DNA of 64,000 bases from Alloascoidea hylecoeti (Eukaryota). Shown here piece by piece: positions 1-11,942 of the stretch (positions within the stretch are counted from its first letter, which is position 1; every line of letters starts with the position of its first letter). The stretch covers positions 124,001 through 188,000 of the forward strand of contig BCKZ01000024.1 of NCBI GenBank assembly GCA_001600815.1, given 5' to 3'. Position numbers and translations under genes: made by a program. Below the pieces are notes generated by a model, which worked only from the letters and a program-made list of their open reading frames with translations, searched no databases and was not told the origin of the DNA.

Positions 1-333
1 CATTATATAAAAAACCAATTGAATTTGAATATTAATACTTCTCTACTGCTAAACTAATTTTCATAACCATTTCAACCTTGAACAATATATATGTTCTATG
101 TAACTACTTGACAACGTATTCCACACTTTCTCTAGATTAATTATGGGAAAATTTTTAATCGTGGTATGATATTGGTCCAGCCCCGGTAGTACTTAACCCA
201 AATTGACTTCCAAAATTACTCATTGAACTAATATGGAATTATTCACATCCTACTCTATAGCTACAAGTATATTGCTTCATTGATTAATATAGGACATCTG
301 ACTATGGGCTAAATCAAAACTAGGGCCAGCACC

Positions 334-435
334 ACATGGTAAACTGATTAAGGACCTTAAGCCTTATTACATGCCAATTACGAAGACTTTCTTGCAGACC
401 ACTTACTGATTCTCCCTATAGAGCGCTACTTGAGT
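334..435 (+). mobile_element. Decayed hAT-transposase C-terminal dimerisation-domain relic (tentative)
   Basis: One frame reads TW*TD*GP*ALLHANYEDFLADHLLILPIERYLS. The spacing matches the hAT motif WW-x5-YP-x-L-x5-DYLA-x6-PVERLFS, with stops at some conserved positions. Confidence 0.35.
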
Positions 436-1403
436 AATTAACTTCTTTGTTATTTTGCATTTTTACCTAATATGTTATTACTAATTTCAAACGATTGACC
501 GATCCGTTAATCGATCCTCAAACATTTAGTTAACATTCCTAAGAAATAAAGTTATAGGAATAAGTGGGAAACTACAGAATTCTAGATTCGCCCTTCAACC
601 AAATTTGAATTTTAAAACATTATGTGTATCTATTGTCGATCTATACATTCAGATGAAGTAATAACAATACTTAGTACAACGTTAAGTTGTCAACTACCCT
701 ATAACAATTACAAACATGCTACATGTAAATTATAGGCCTATACAATTATTATTTATTTAGATGTGTCGACCCATCAAAACGAACTATTAAATAAAAGACA
801 AGCGCCAAAAAGCACCATCACTAATAGTACATTCTGCAGGGTTGGCAAAACAAAAAGTTTTCCGATATATGGGATTCGTTTACCGATTCAGTCTCACAGT
901 TGTAGTTAACAACTATTGGCACAGCTCCGGAGATAATATCCCAAAATAAGCAACTCTTTTAACTAGAGCACTAGTATTCGCATTGAAAAATGACAAATTA
1001 TAAAATCATTTGTAAAAGAAACCAAATTGAAAATGAAAATGAAAATAAAATAGAAATTTAAAATTAAAGATATAAAACTATGAAATTAGAACATGAACCA
1101 GAAAAGTAAAGAACAAAAGAGAATAAGGAGAACGAAAAAGTTTTTAAAGACTTATCCTAATGCCGGGTAATTGAACATCGGATCTTTGCTCTAATTTTGG
1201 TAGCCCTGATCTGTAGCTTTACTTGTGTTTATAATACGATTTAATTATACTAGAACTTATAATTATTAAGGAAATTCAATTCCACTAAGTAAGACGATTC
1301 TAGTATAGTCCAATTGCAATATAATGGCAATATTTTTCCGTATTTTTACATGTGTGGCAAGCAATGATGTATTTGTTAATCTGAAAAAAAAAACGCAGCT
1401 AGC

Positions 1404-1411
1404 TTACCCGG
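1404..1411 (+). promoter_or_regulatory. Reb1-like site TTACCCGG upstream of LYS9
   Basis: Exact TTACCCGG. The same motif occurs at 1163-1170 (reverse), 28969-28976 (RSM19/DBP6 gap) and 59126-59132 (upstream of POP3), all in promoter positions. Confidence 0.5.
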
Positions 1412-1434
1412 TCGATCAATCGCAAGCTGACGGT

Positions 1435-1441
1435 TGAGTCA
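1435..1441. promoter_or_regulatory. Gcn4-type element TGAGTCA
   Basis: Perfect TGA(G/C)TCA about 80 bp upstream of the ATG of an amino-acid biosynthesis gene. Confidence 0.6.
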
Positions 1442-1522
1442 TATCTATTCACAGACGCAATTTATTCGTTCCTTTCTTCTACTTTTTCTCTAGTTTTTCC
1501 GTCATTTTTCAATAGGTGTATA

Positions 1523-3015
1523 ATGTCCAAGTATGTATTCTTCCATTTTCGTTGAACTTTATATCGCAACAATTGAAGTAATCCGAAAAGTGAATGAAAA
1601 TTACTAACTATGTGATAGATCTGTTTTACTTCTTGGTTCTGGTTTCGTTGCTAAACCAACTGTTGATATCTTATCCTCTACCCCTGGTGTCAATGTTACA
1701 GTCGGTAAGTTATTTGAGGGAAATTTTATCCATCAATTGCCTTTGTGTTCTTGTTAATGACTAACTTTTGATAGCATGCCGAACATTATCCAAAGCTAAG
1801 GAATTGGCTGGTGACAAAGCCAAGGCAATCTCTTTAGATGTTACTGATGAGTCAGCTCTTGATGCTGAGCTCGCAAAGCATGACCTTGTGATCTCCTTGA
1901 TTCCTTACATTTATCATGCTACTGTTGTCAAGAGTGCAGTGAAAAATAAAATAAATGTTGTTACAACCTCATATATTTCCCCTGCTTTGAAAGAATTAGA
2001 ACCTAGCATCAAAAAGGCAGGAATCACTGTCATGAATGAAATTGGGTTGGATCCTGGTATTGATCACTTGTACGCTGTTAAGACTATTGATGAAGTTCAC
2101 AAGGCTGGTGGTAAAATCAAGTCTTTCTTATCTTACTGTGGTGGTTTACCAGCACCAGAAGATTCAGACAATCCATTAGGTTATAAATTTTCATGGTCAT
2201 CCCGTGGTGTTTTGTTGGCTTTGAGAAATTCTGCTAAATACTGGAAAAATGGTAAAGTCGAGGAAATCGCTTCTGCAGATCTGATGGCTTCAGCCAAGCC
2301 ATACTTTATTTACCCCGGTTATGCCTTTGTTGCTTACCCCAATAGAGATTCTACCACTTACAAGGAGTTATACAATATCCCCGAGGCAGAAACAGTCATT
2401 CGTGGTACCTTAAGATTCCAAGGTTTCCCTGAATTTGTTAAAGTTTTAGTTGATATGGGATTATTAAAGGATGAAGAGAGTGATCTATGGAAGAAGCCAA
2501 TTGCTTGGAATAAAGCACTTTCAACTTACTTGGGATCTTCTTCTAGCAAAGAATCCGATTTGATCTGGGCCATTTCTTCCAAGGCCAAATTTGTTTCTAC
2601 TGAAGATAAGGAAAGAATCATTAATGGTTTAAGATGGTTAGGATTATTTTCTGATTCACCAATCATTCCACGTGGTAATCCATTGGATACATTATGTGCA
2701 ACTTTAGAAAATCTCATGCAATTTGGACCAGAAGAACGTGATCTAGTAGTGTTACAGCACAAGTTTGGTATTGAATGGGCTGATGGAAAGACTGAAACAA
2801 GAACAGCAACTTTAGTTGACTATGGTGTTGTTGGTGGATATTCATCTATGGCTAAATTAGTCGGTGTTCCATGTGCTGTTGCCACATTACAAGTCCTAGA
2901 TGGAACTATTTCTGATGTTGGATTGGTAGCACCAATGTCTCCAAGAATCAATGATCCTTTGATCAAGACATTGAAAGAGAAATATGGAATTTCCTTGATT
3001 GAAAAGACCATCTAA
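1523..3015 (+). CDS. LYS9: Saccharopine dehydrogenase (NADP+, L-glutamate-forming); exons 1523-1530, 1619-1704, 1775-3015
   Basis: Spliced N-terminus MSKSVLLLGSGFVAKP...VTVACRT; motifs NEIGLDPGIDH and SYCGGLPAPE. Introns 1531-1618 (GTATGT/TACTAAC/TAG) and 1705-1774 (GTAAGT/GACTAAC/TAG). Confidence 0.96.
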
Positions 3016-3173
3016 ATCTTGTTTATAGTTAACTATGCGTACATAAAAATGTTTAGATTTTTCTAGAATACATCCGTACATCTATTTACTTTACGCAAAC
3101 AGGGTTTCGTATATTTAACATACCCTCTTTAAATATCTAACAAATTAATCTGTCAAAGCGAGGTACGATAAAA

Positions 3174-3719
3174 ATGGCCTCAGTGTACTCAACTTCTCAA
3201 AACTCCTCCAAAGTATGGACAAGATTCAAGCAACTTGCTCATAAAGCTTCTTCTCAGGATGGTGACGCCCCAACAGACACCCTGGTGCACAATGCTTTAG
3301 TTAAATTTTATACAAAACAGGCCCAAGAACAATCCCCCAACACGGATATGGTCTCTCTTCCTAGGTGGCTTGTGCCAACTTCAGAACAACAAAATCCACC
3401 AAACCAACAATACCAACAGGCACATAATCCTTATCAAAGACAACAGAACAATAGTAGGTTGGGGCCACCACCAACTGTGAATTCCAACGGAATAAAACCA
3501 CTCGAAAGAAAACAATCCAATCTATCAGATATTTATAGCAAAGCTCCCAAATCTCATGAGTTGAAATTTGATGGGAGACAAAATAGGGCGGGAGCAGCTG
3601 GACAAGGTGGAAATGCTGGATCTGGGGTTAATCTCCGAGATAGGCTACGCAATAATAATAGTGGGGCAGCTGGAAGGTCATCAGAGGATAGAAGTCGCGC
3701 GACCTGGGGTAGGCGCTGA
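3174..3719 (+). CDS. MSO1: Mso1-like Sec1-binding exocytosis protein
   Basis: Small protein with N-terminal DGDAPTDTLVHNALVKFY...LPRWL motif, low-complexity middle and basic C-terminus. Confidence 0.7.
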   Translation: MASVYSTSQNSSKVWTRFKQLAHKASSQDGDAPTDTLVHNALVKFYTKQAQEQSPNTDMVSLPRWLVPTSEQQNPPNQQYQQAHNPYQRQQNNSRLGPPPTVNSNGIKPLERKQSNLSDIYSKAPKSHELKFDGRQNRAGAAGQGGNAGSGVNLRDRLRNNNSGAAGRSSEDRSRATWGRR

Positions 3720-5306
3720 TATAGCTAAATTAAACTGGCCTATAGTTTAGATTCTAATTTAGGTGGATATTACCTAGAACATTGATTATAAGAATCTTAA
3801 TTAATTATAACAAATTTAATTACACTGGCAATAACATTTTTTAAGTATCCTACTACATTTCCAAAAGATTACACTTTCTGAAACTTTGTAATAATAAAAC
3901 GGATTCCAAGATCGTTATAGCTAAGAGTCACATTGGAATTGCATACCCACATAATCAGCTAAAAACTAATAATCTGTTATAACTAGATATATGTTAGAGA
4001 GATACATCCATTTTAACTTAATTATATATAGCTCGGAAAAATGTGCTATAAATCAAATGGTCTTTATCTTTATCATTTAGATCTCTTAGTATTCGTGATT
4101 ATAAAAAAAGTCATAATTGTACCAATTTTCATTTTACGAGACAGAGTTTATTCTGTATCAAATATATGATTTTATAATGATTTTAGGCAAACTTTAGGTA
4201 CACTACTTTAAATTATAAAGTTTCAAAAGTTAACATAAATTTATAATATTATAATAGTACCATTCGAAATTCGATGAACTTGAAGATATAAATTAATTAT
4301 GGGTCTACAAATGAAAGTTTTCTATAAACTGGTGGAATTTAAACTTTTATATTTAAAGATGTGTTCTAAACTTTTAGTGTTGTACTAAATATTGTCGGAA
4401 TTAGAGTTATAACCATAAGCTATACTGTGATGATTTGAATTTAATTTCAAATTGAACGAGAGATGATAGCATATATAAACGAGGAACAACTGTGTTTATA
4501 TGGTGAGTCGTCAGTGACAACTAATGTAGCTAGAATGTTATCAAACTAGAACTTGCAATTGATACCCTCACGATCGCAGGATTAATCATTAATATTGCTT
4601 GTACTCCTACGAGAGGAGTTGATATGAGTTAAGCTTATAATTAAAACAGCCATTTTAAAATTTTATAATGGTCGAATCAGTTTTTTTGAATTAATTCAAT
4701 GCTCGTATAACCAAAAAACGATTGTATTTATTATATTCTAATTTGGAGTCTTTCAATGACACAATTCTCAACAACAGTACGTTATATTTACACTAGCTAT
4801 TAAGGTTTATTTACTATATCATAAATTCATAATCATAAACAGCTGTGTTCAACTTTAAGCCTGTAATCGTAATTATCTTACATACGATAGTCCTGGAATA
4901 GAAATTTGCATTTTGTTTTCAGTGTGAGTGACAAACCGAAAACACAATTAATTTAAGTGCTGGAACCGTGTGTTTAAAGGTTTTCACGAGTGCTGAAATA
5001 TACATTCGGGAGTAAATGCTGGAACATGAAACGTCCCGGATATTTGTTTCTAATTGTCCTCGCGAAGATGGAAACAATTATGTTAATATTATCGCACATG
5101 ATCTCCACAATTGCAATTGTAAGTTACAAACAATGAAAGAGGTGCATATGTGTTGTTATGTAGGGCTTCTCAAGAAATCGACTCATCCCCACTGGATTCC
5201 CCAGCGAAAAGTTAGAGTTCACAAGTCTCAATTATGATTTGTGGTTTTAATTGTTGTAGCTGGCTGATTAAAAAATAATTAATTGTTACCTGCAATGGAA
5301 ATACAC

Positions 5307-5314
5307 GTCACGTG
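5307..5314. promoter_or_regulatory. bHLH E-box GTCACGTG (Cbf1-type)
   Basis: Exact motif about 105 bp upstream of the Myb-factor ATG, followed by TATAAAA near 5362. Confidence 0.4.
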
Positions 5315-5417
5315 CGCAATACCGATAAAGTACCGGAAACGTGATTGTTTTGTTGTGCCGATATAAAAGTCGGACGTAAACCTACGTTTCGTTCGAAACG
5401 CCAAACTCTTCTATGCC

Positions 5418-6983
5418 ATGTCCCAAGACCCATACTACAAAGTTGCCTCTGTGCCCTCCAACTCAAGGCTGTCCAGTCTTCGGGATGTCTCTCAGACGGG
5501 GGCTCAGTCTCAGGATCTTGACCATCTCAGCAGCTCACGGACGAGCCTGTCTTCAAACCCTCCACCCCAGCTCGTTCAAAATTCTACATTGAACCAATCC
5601 ACCACGTCCCCTTCCAATCACGTCCAATCCTTTCAATACGGCAGGTCACAACAGTTCCCGTCTGGATCAAATCTCCAGCTGCCTCCGTCTAATAATAGGA
5701 CAGTAAGACATGCTCACTCAAGATCTCTCTCATCCATCTACACCCCACCTGGTCTGAGCGGTTCCAACCTGTCACTTGGCCTTCCACTACCCATCTCCCA
5801 CAACCCTTACTCCGTTCAACTGCCTCCGTTGTATGGCCAGCCTCAGTCTCAACCGCTTCAAAGCCAACCTTTGTGGAATCCATGGAATCATGGTCGGCGC
5901 TCTTCATCGACAATGGGCGGTCCGTTGGGCCTCTCTCCAATAGTTGTTTCTACGTCCACCCCTCCTCCACTGCGACAAAAACAATCTATAACGGATTTTT
6001 CCCAAAGGGGCTTGTCTCGCTTTGAATTAACCCCTGATTCTTTACCAACTCGTGAAAGTTTTGATAGACGAAATTCAATGGGATCAGCTCCACTACAATC
6101 ACCTTTTACACCTGAAATAACTGGGAGTTCTAAAAGACGAAGATTGAGTTCTTTTTCTGAGACGTATACTGGACCAGATTCTGAAGAGCAAAGTCCTGTG
6201 TCTGCCATTCCAAACAACTCTACAGCAGGCCCAAATTTCAATCGATTGCCAATTGGATTGATGTTAAACAAACAAATTGATTTGGATTCAACCCCTGAAC
6301 AAAACGATTATTCTGTAAATAGATCTCCCAATTCAGATTTACCTTTGCCGTCGCTTTACAATCAGCCCGCTCATCGATCAAATAGGACCCGCCGGCGGTC
6401 AACAATTGAAACGGTTCAAGAACAAGATATAGAAAAATATTCACCACCAACAAATTCCACTTCAAAACGTAAACCCAAACGAAAAGTAACTGATTCACTA
6501 ACTACTCCAAGACAGTTGCCATCAGCAAAGAAGATTCGAACTCCCCCATATCAAATTTTTAACAGATGGACACCAGAGGAAGACCGACAAATTATTGATT
6601 ACAAAGAAAACCACGATAAGACATGGAAAGAGATTAGTTCTTTACTTACAGGCCGACATACGTGGCAAGCAGTGCAGATGCGATATCTACGAAATTTAAA
6701 AGGACGAAATGATCCCTGGCACGAGTCACAAATTTCAAAGTTATATGAAGTTATTGAAAAAGATTGGAATATGCGATGGAAAAGAATAAGTAATGAATTG
6801 GGACCAAGTTTTAGTCCAGAGAGAGTCGTTCAAAAAGTTCAAGAATTATGTAAAGATACAAAACGACGAATCAATGTAACAAATGCTTCAAATTCTAGTA
6901 CTTCTGCAACAAATGCCAGCTCAGCCAATGGTAATGACGACGACGAAAGAAAAGAAATTTTACGACTGTATTCTAGAAGATAA
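5418..6983 (+). CDS. Myb/SANT-domain transcription regulator (resembles the Candida adherence-factor Aaf1 type)
   Basis: Ser/Pro/Gln-rich N-terminus; C-terminal RWTPEEDRQI...TWKEIS...WQAVQMRYLR and a second W-spaced repeat. Confidence 0.75.
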   Translation: MSQDPYYKVASVPSNSRLSSLRDVSQTGAQSQDLDHLSSSRTSLSSNPPPQLVQNSTLNQSTTSPSNHVQSFQYGRSQQFPSGSNLQLPPSNNRTVRHAHSRSLSSIYTPPGLSGSNLSLGLPLPISHNPYSVQLPPLYGQPQSQPLQSQPLWNPWNHGRRSSSTMGGPLGLSPIVVSTSTPPPLRQKQSITDFSQRGLSRFELTPDSLPTRESFDRRNSMGSAPLQSPFTPEITGSSKRRRLSSFSETYTGPDSEEQSPVSAIPNNSTAGPNFNRLPIGLMLNKQIDLDSTPEQNDYSVNRSPNSDLPLPSLYNQPAHRSNRTRRRSTIETVQEQDIEKYSPPTNSTSKRKPKRKVTDSLTTPRQLPSAKKIRTPPYQIFNRWTPEEDRQIIDYKENHDKTWKEISSLLTGRHTWQAVQMRYLRNLKGRNDPWHESQISKLYEVIEKDWNMRWKRISNELGPSFSPERVVQKVQELCKDTKRRINVTNASNSSTSATNASSANGNDDDERKEILRLYSRR

Positions 6984-8728
6984 ATAAAATAAAAAAAAAC
7001 TCGGATTCATATTATAAATCATATTCATATTAACTCTTTTTTTTAAAAAAAATTGTTGCTGTTTTCTTCAACGTACATTTCTTTTTTTTTGACATTTCTT
7101 ATTTTAAATTTTGTTTTTAACATACATCTTTCACTTCTATCTGCACAAATATTATCACAAATTAGTTGTTTATTAGTGGCTGAAATGCTCATTATATATA
7201 TAAGATATAATCTTTTTTGAACTCCATTTTCATATTAAATATTTTGTTATTGACCCTTTTTTTGAACTCATATTGTTTCTCTATATATTTATAGTCTTGT
7301 ATATCTTAAGTAGTTTTAACGCTTGTGATTGTAGTAAGATCCACTCGAAATGACTAGAAAGGTTCTAACATGCTTTGGAATATATAATACTTATATAACA
7401 GTTGTAGGTTAGATAACTATTTAAATAAATTTAAGAGAAGTAGATTAGAAATTATATACTAATTATTGTTCATACTTTTTTTGGTGGTTGCAATTAGAAT
7501 AACTAACCCGATCGAAAATTCATGTGTACCCGTCGTACTACCCGATACTATATGAAAATCTGATATCGATGGGTGTAAATTTTAAAAAGAGAAAGGTTGG
7601 CATTTCAAGAAAATTCATGTCATTTCATCCAATTGAAACAAAGACAAATTCATTTTATGATCTTCCAAATTATAGAATTGCAAATAAACATCGTTTATAT
7701 ATTTTGTCTTTGATTTTTCATCATCTTATCACCCACCAACAAACAAAACAAATTCATGTTATAACAATTATTTTGTGATGGTGGTATTATTTAGTAAGCG
7801 CATAGTATATTATTATGTAAGGTACAACACAACATATGTTGAAAAGCGAAAAATTAGTCACCAAGATTAGCTCCATATATTGCATTAGTATTGTACAGTG
7901 TATCAATAAATTCCTATATGCAATTTAACTCTGAACATAGAGTTAATTTGTTGGTTAATTAATTAAAAGCTTCAAGCATTATTAATATTGTACGAGTACG
8001 ATTTAAATGTACTGAATTCGAGATTCAAAGATGATTCAAGAATTTCAAATTTAAAAGACTTTATGTATAATTATGAATTTTATGATGCCGTTCTATCAAT
8101 GCGAATATAAATTCATATCGATAGTTAAGTAAAGAAAATCAATCGCTTAAGTTTCAATGGAGGAAATTTAGCAATTTCACCAAAAAAATCTAAAGTAAAA
8201 TAGCATGGAAGGAAATAATAATTATAATTAATTTACCTTGTCATATAATTTCGGAAAAAATATCTCCGAACTATCGAGAACAACTTCCCTATCGGGGCTG
8301 GACCTATGTCAGATCCAGAGGGTTGTGCTTGCTATATTGGATATTTAAGCCATACCAATTGTTACCCTCACTTAGCGCGAAATTCTCACATCATACGTTT
8401 ATATTTCTCGGACTAGTAAAAGTGTTTGGAGGTGTAAGGCCTAATAGTCGTAAGATCTTATACTATCTATTTCATGACACTGTTCATGTCTTTAATAGCG
8501 AATATTTTAAACGGAAAAGAAAAAATACGTTTATAGAAGGACTTTGAAGGAGAGAATTACATGAGTCTAATATTCCCATTGTAAATTCATACTGATATAA
8601 TATAACGCCATAAATAATCATAAATTCAGATTATATTTTCGATCTTCTGTATAGTCTGTGACAAATTGTCAATATTAATCATTGTTCTATATTGTAATTG
8701 TAATGGTATTGTCTTATGCATTATATAA

Positions 8729-9215
8729 TTATAAACTTAAGTAATAATCTCTTTGGGATGATAACCAAACTAAACTAAGTGTTGAAACAACTAAAGGACC
8801 AGCGAGACCTCTTCCAAACTTAACGGTCTTATAAATCAACCATTCTGAACCAAAATGTAACAAGGCAATTAAATATGAAGCTATGGCTAAGTCATAAACA
8901 CTAAATAAAATGAATTGGTTAGCGTAGATCCAATAATTAAGAAGGAATAAAGATAAAGACATACTGGCTATCATTTAAGTAGTAGGCAGCATAACCTCTA
9001 ATGATACATGAAACTAGAGTCCAAGTTCCAAAAGTTCTTGCAGATAATTCAGTAACCTGATGTGGTTTACCTTCATATACTTTTTGGGTTAACTCTATCC
9101 CCGAGTATGTTTGAGCGGAGTTAAAGACCGAAACGACTGAAATAAAAAGAAGCCATTTTGGTAAAAGACCTGGAAGCTTAGGAAGATAAGGATTAACAAG
9201 ATCGACAAATGACAT
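8729..9215 (-). CDS. ERG28: Ergosterol biosynthesis protein Erg28; exons 9215-8965 and 8900-8729
   Basis: LPKWLLFISVVSVFNS, ARTFGTWT and GPLVVSTLS motifs. Intron 8964-8901 (GTATGT/GCTAAC/TAG) joins the two track ORFs in frame. Confidence 0.93.
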
Positions 9216-9392
9216 TTTTTTTATATGTTAGAGTGAAAATTTTGAAGTAGAATAAGAAGAGGAAGATGTTTAAATTGAAATATTAATGATCTGATCTGGA
9301 GACGATAATACATCAATAAGACACCCATACACCAGATTTAAACCTTCATACCACCTCACACGTAATTGAATAGTCAATTGCCACAGACAACA

Positions 9393-10169
9393 ATGGACCC
9401 TCTTGATGCATCTTTGGACTTACTACGTCGTGTCTCTCCTCAAGAGATCTCTTCTCATGTAACTTCTATATGTCGTTTGGCTCCTGATCTTGCAGAGGAT
9501 TTGTTGGCATCTGTTGATGTGCCTCTTTCCGTCCGCACATGTCCTTCTACTCACCGTCCATTTCTAGCCTGTGATTACAATAGAGATGGCGATTCTTATA
9601 GATCTCCATGGTCTGGTGATTATTCTCCTTCACAACTCGCAGATGCCCCTAAACCTTCTCCTCAATTGCGTAAGCTAGAGATTGAAGCTAATAACCAATT
9701 TGGTATCTATAGAGATTTATATTATGAAGGTGGTATTAGTTCTGTTTATTTTTGGGATACAGATGATGGTTTTGCAGGAGTTGTTTTATTGAAGAAGGAG
9801 ACTGGTGGGAATGGCTGGGATAGTATTCATGTCATTGAAACGTTTAATAAATCCCGATTAGCCGTATACAAGATTACATCAACCATTATTTTACATCTAG
9901 AATCAAGATCAGAAGAGCTGGGATCTTTGGATTTAAGTGGTAATCTAACAAGACAAGTTGAAAAAGAACTGCCCATTGAAGTTGGTGATGATTCTTCCCA
10001 CCTTGTTAATATTGGCACACTGATTGAGGATATCGAGTCCAAGTTGAGGAATATGCTACAGGAGGTTTACTTTGGCAAGACCCGGGATATAATGGGCGAC
10101 TTGAGAAGTGTGAAGTCGGCAGGAGCCCGAAATGAGGATTTAAATCTGAAGTTAAAGCTCCATATTTAG
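9393..10169 (+). CDS. CAP2: F-actin capping protein beta subunit
   Basis: LDLLRR, CDYNRDGDSYRSPWS, YRDLYYEGGISSVY and WDSIHV motifs. ATG at 9393 is preferred to the track's TTG start. Confidence 0.96.
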   Translation: MDPLDASLDLLRRVSPQEISSHVTSICRLAPDLAEDLLASVDVPLSVRTCPSTHRPFLACDYNRDGDSYRSPWSGDYSPSQLADAPKPSPQLRKLEIEANNQFGIYRDLYYEGGISSVYFWDTDDGFAGVVLLKKETGGNGWDSIHVIETFNKSRLAVYKITSTIILHLESRSEELGSLDLSGNLTRQVEKELPIEVGDDSSHLVNIGTLIEDIESKLRNMLQEVYFGKTRDIMGDLRSVKSAGARNEDLNLKLKLHI

Positions 10170-10274
10170 ATAGTTAATATAGAGAGTGGGTGTGTGGGTG
10201 GATATATATATTTCCCCTTCCAAGTATTCCAAGTGGCAGTTTGCTCTGCTAGCTGAAACCTCCGCGATATATCG

Positions 10275-11942
10275 ATGGTTGTGTACGACGGGGTCAAGTA
10301 CGCGTGCGAGCGCTGCATCCGGGGCCACAGGGTCACCGCCTGTACCCACGTCGAACAGACTCTGTTTCCCATCAAGCCAAAAGGTCGTCCTCCGTCTTTG
10401 TGTCCCTCATGCCGCGAGGCCAAGAAAAACAGACTCCCCTACCCAACCGTGGACTGCTCCTGTCCCAAGACAAAAAAGAAGAAACCTCAAAAGTCCCAGT
10501 CCTCCGCCGATCTCCCCCGTCTCAGTAAAGTCCAGAAACCTCCACAGACTCCGAATCATCACCAACCGACCCATTCTTATTCTCACACCCACGGTCACAA
10601 TCATCACCAAAATCAGCCCCATGGTCAGACTTTGGGTGCACATGGCCACGGAGCCTCCTCCCATTCTACGACCGCTCTAAGGGCCCTGTTGGGCGAATCA
10701 CACAGGAATAATCAGATTTTGTCCAGCTATCTTGAGGCTTCTCAAACAAATCTTTTAACACATTCCATCCCCGTTTCCATTCCATCACCAGCAGATCCTA
10801 CGATCTCCGCAGACAACGTTCTCAGTTCAAGTATACACAGTGTCGGCGTCGACAGAACTCCGTCCATGGATTCTCTAACCGGTTACCCTCATCCACCCCT
10901 TTCTGAAACAAGTTCAGTTGCTTCTATTGCATCACCAGGTTCCATTTATTCAAACTCAACTTTTGATGATTTCGATTCAAATTCTGCTACAGGACCCTGG
11001 TTACCTCTACAAGAACGACAAACAGGGATAGAACCCTTGTCTTTTTATGCTCCTCATACAACAAATAGGTCTTCTTCAAATCCTTCCCAAGCTTATCCTC
11101 CTATTCCAAGTGTTCCTCCTACCCCTAATAGTAATACAAGTGCTACTAACGTTAATCCTAGTTCTTCAAGATCTGCTAATAATAATCGTACAGAAAGCGA
11201 AAGCGGGGGACTGGATTTCCCCTTTTTACCGATAAATGACTCTTTACCAACAAAAGATTTTGATTCATTATGGAATACAAATTCCAGTGCTGCTGGTTTT
11301 TCACGAAATGCGCAACCTAATTCGGGTGGGTTATTAGATTCTTTTTGTGACCTATCACCTGGTTCTATACAAACAGATGTTCATGTTAAATCGGAAAATG
11401 ATTCTAATAATTTCATTAATATGAATAGTAATAATGCTAATGATTTAGATATGTTTCCTTTATATCCATTATTTGGTAGTGGATTTGCTTCTGATGATTC
11501 ACCCCCAAATCTTAATCCAAATCCAACTACTGATACAGTACCCGGTAATATAGGACAAGGAAACTTAAACTTGGATCATGAATTAGAAATTAATGAGGTA
11601 TTAGGAACTAATAATGGTACAGATGTAGGTACTAATATTGATAATATATACCAAAATAACAATAAAATTAGAAACAATGATAATGATGATAAAAATAACA
11701 CTAACCTCAACAACAATAATAATAATAGCAACAATAGATACATAGATTTATCTGATGGTATTGGAGATAATGATGAGAATGGAATAGATAATGTTGATGT
11801 TTGGATAAAACAATCAGATTTCGATACATATGATTTATTCTCTGATTATATATTACCCCAAAATCAAAGTTTTGGACAAGGTTTATTACAATCAAATATG
11901 GAAAATGGAATGAAAAACAAGAAAGATTATTATAGAACGTAA
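10275..11942 (+). CDS. HAA1: Copper-fist DNA-binding transcription factor, Haa1/Ace1 family
   Basis: N-terminal KYACERCIRGHRVTACTH...IKPKGRP copper-fist domain, DMFPLYPLFG motif, His-rich and Asn-rich tracts. Confidence 0.75.
   Translation: MVVYDGVKYACERCIRGHRVTACTHVEQTLFPIKPKGRPPSLCPSCREAKKNRLPYPTVDCSCPKTKKKKPQKSQSSADLPRLSKVQKPPQTPNHHQPTHSYSHTHGHNHHQNQPHGQTLGAHGHGASSHSTTALRALLGESHRNNQILSSYLEASQTNLLTHSIPVSIPSPADPTISADNVLSSSIHSVGVDRTPSMDSLTGYPHPPLSETSSVASIASPGSIYSNSTFDDFDSNSATGPWLPLQERQTGIEPLSFYAPHTTNRSSSNPSQAYPPIPSVPPTPNSNTSATNVNPSSSRSANNNRTESESGGLDFPFLPINDSLPTKDFDSLWNTNSSAAGFSRNAQPNSGGLLDSFCDLSPGSIQTDVHVKSENDSNNFINMNSNNANDLDMFPLYPLFGSGFASDDSPPNLNPNPTTDTVPGNIGQGNLNLDHELEINEVLGTNNGTDVGTNIDNIYQNNNKIRNNDNDDKNNTNLNNNNNNSNNRYIDLSDGIGDNDENGIDNVDVWIKQSDFDTYDLFSDYILPQNQSFGQGLLQSNMENGMKNKKDYYRT

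Noticed and set aside
2281..2283. Alternative CUG decoding
   Set aside because: This CTG falls at the conserved Leu of Lys9 DLMASAKPY, supporting the standard code (single-site evidence only).
7503..7525. NPIEN-like peptide suggesting another Tc1 relic
   Set aside because: Five residues only, with no flanking transposase similarity.
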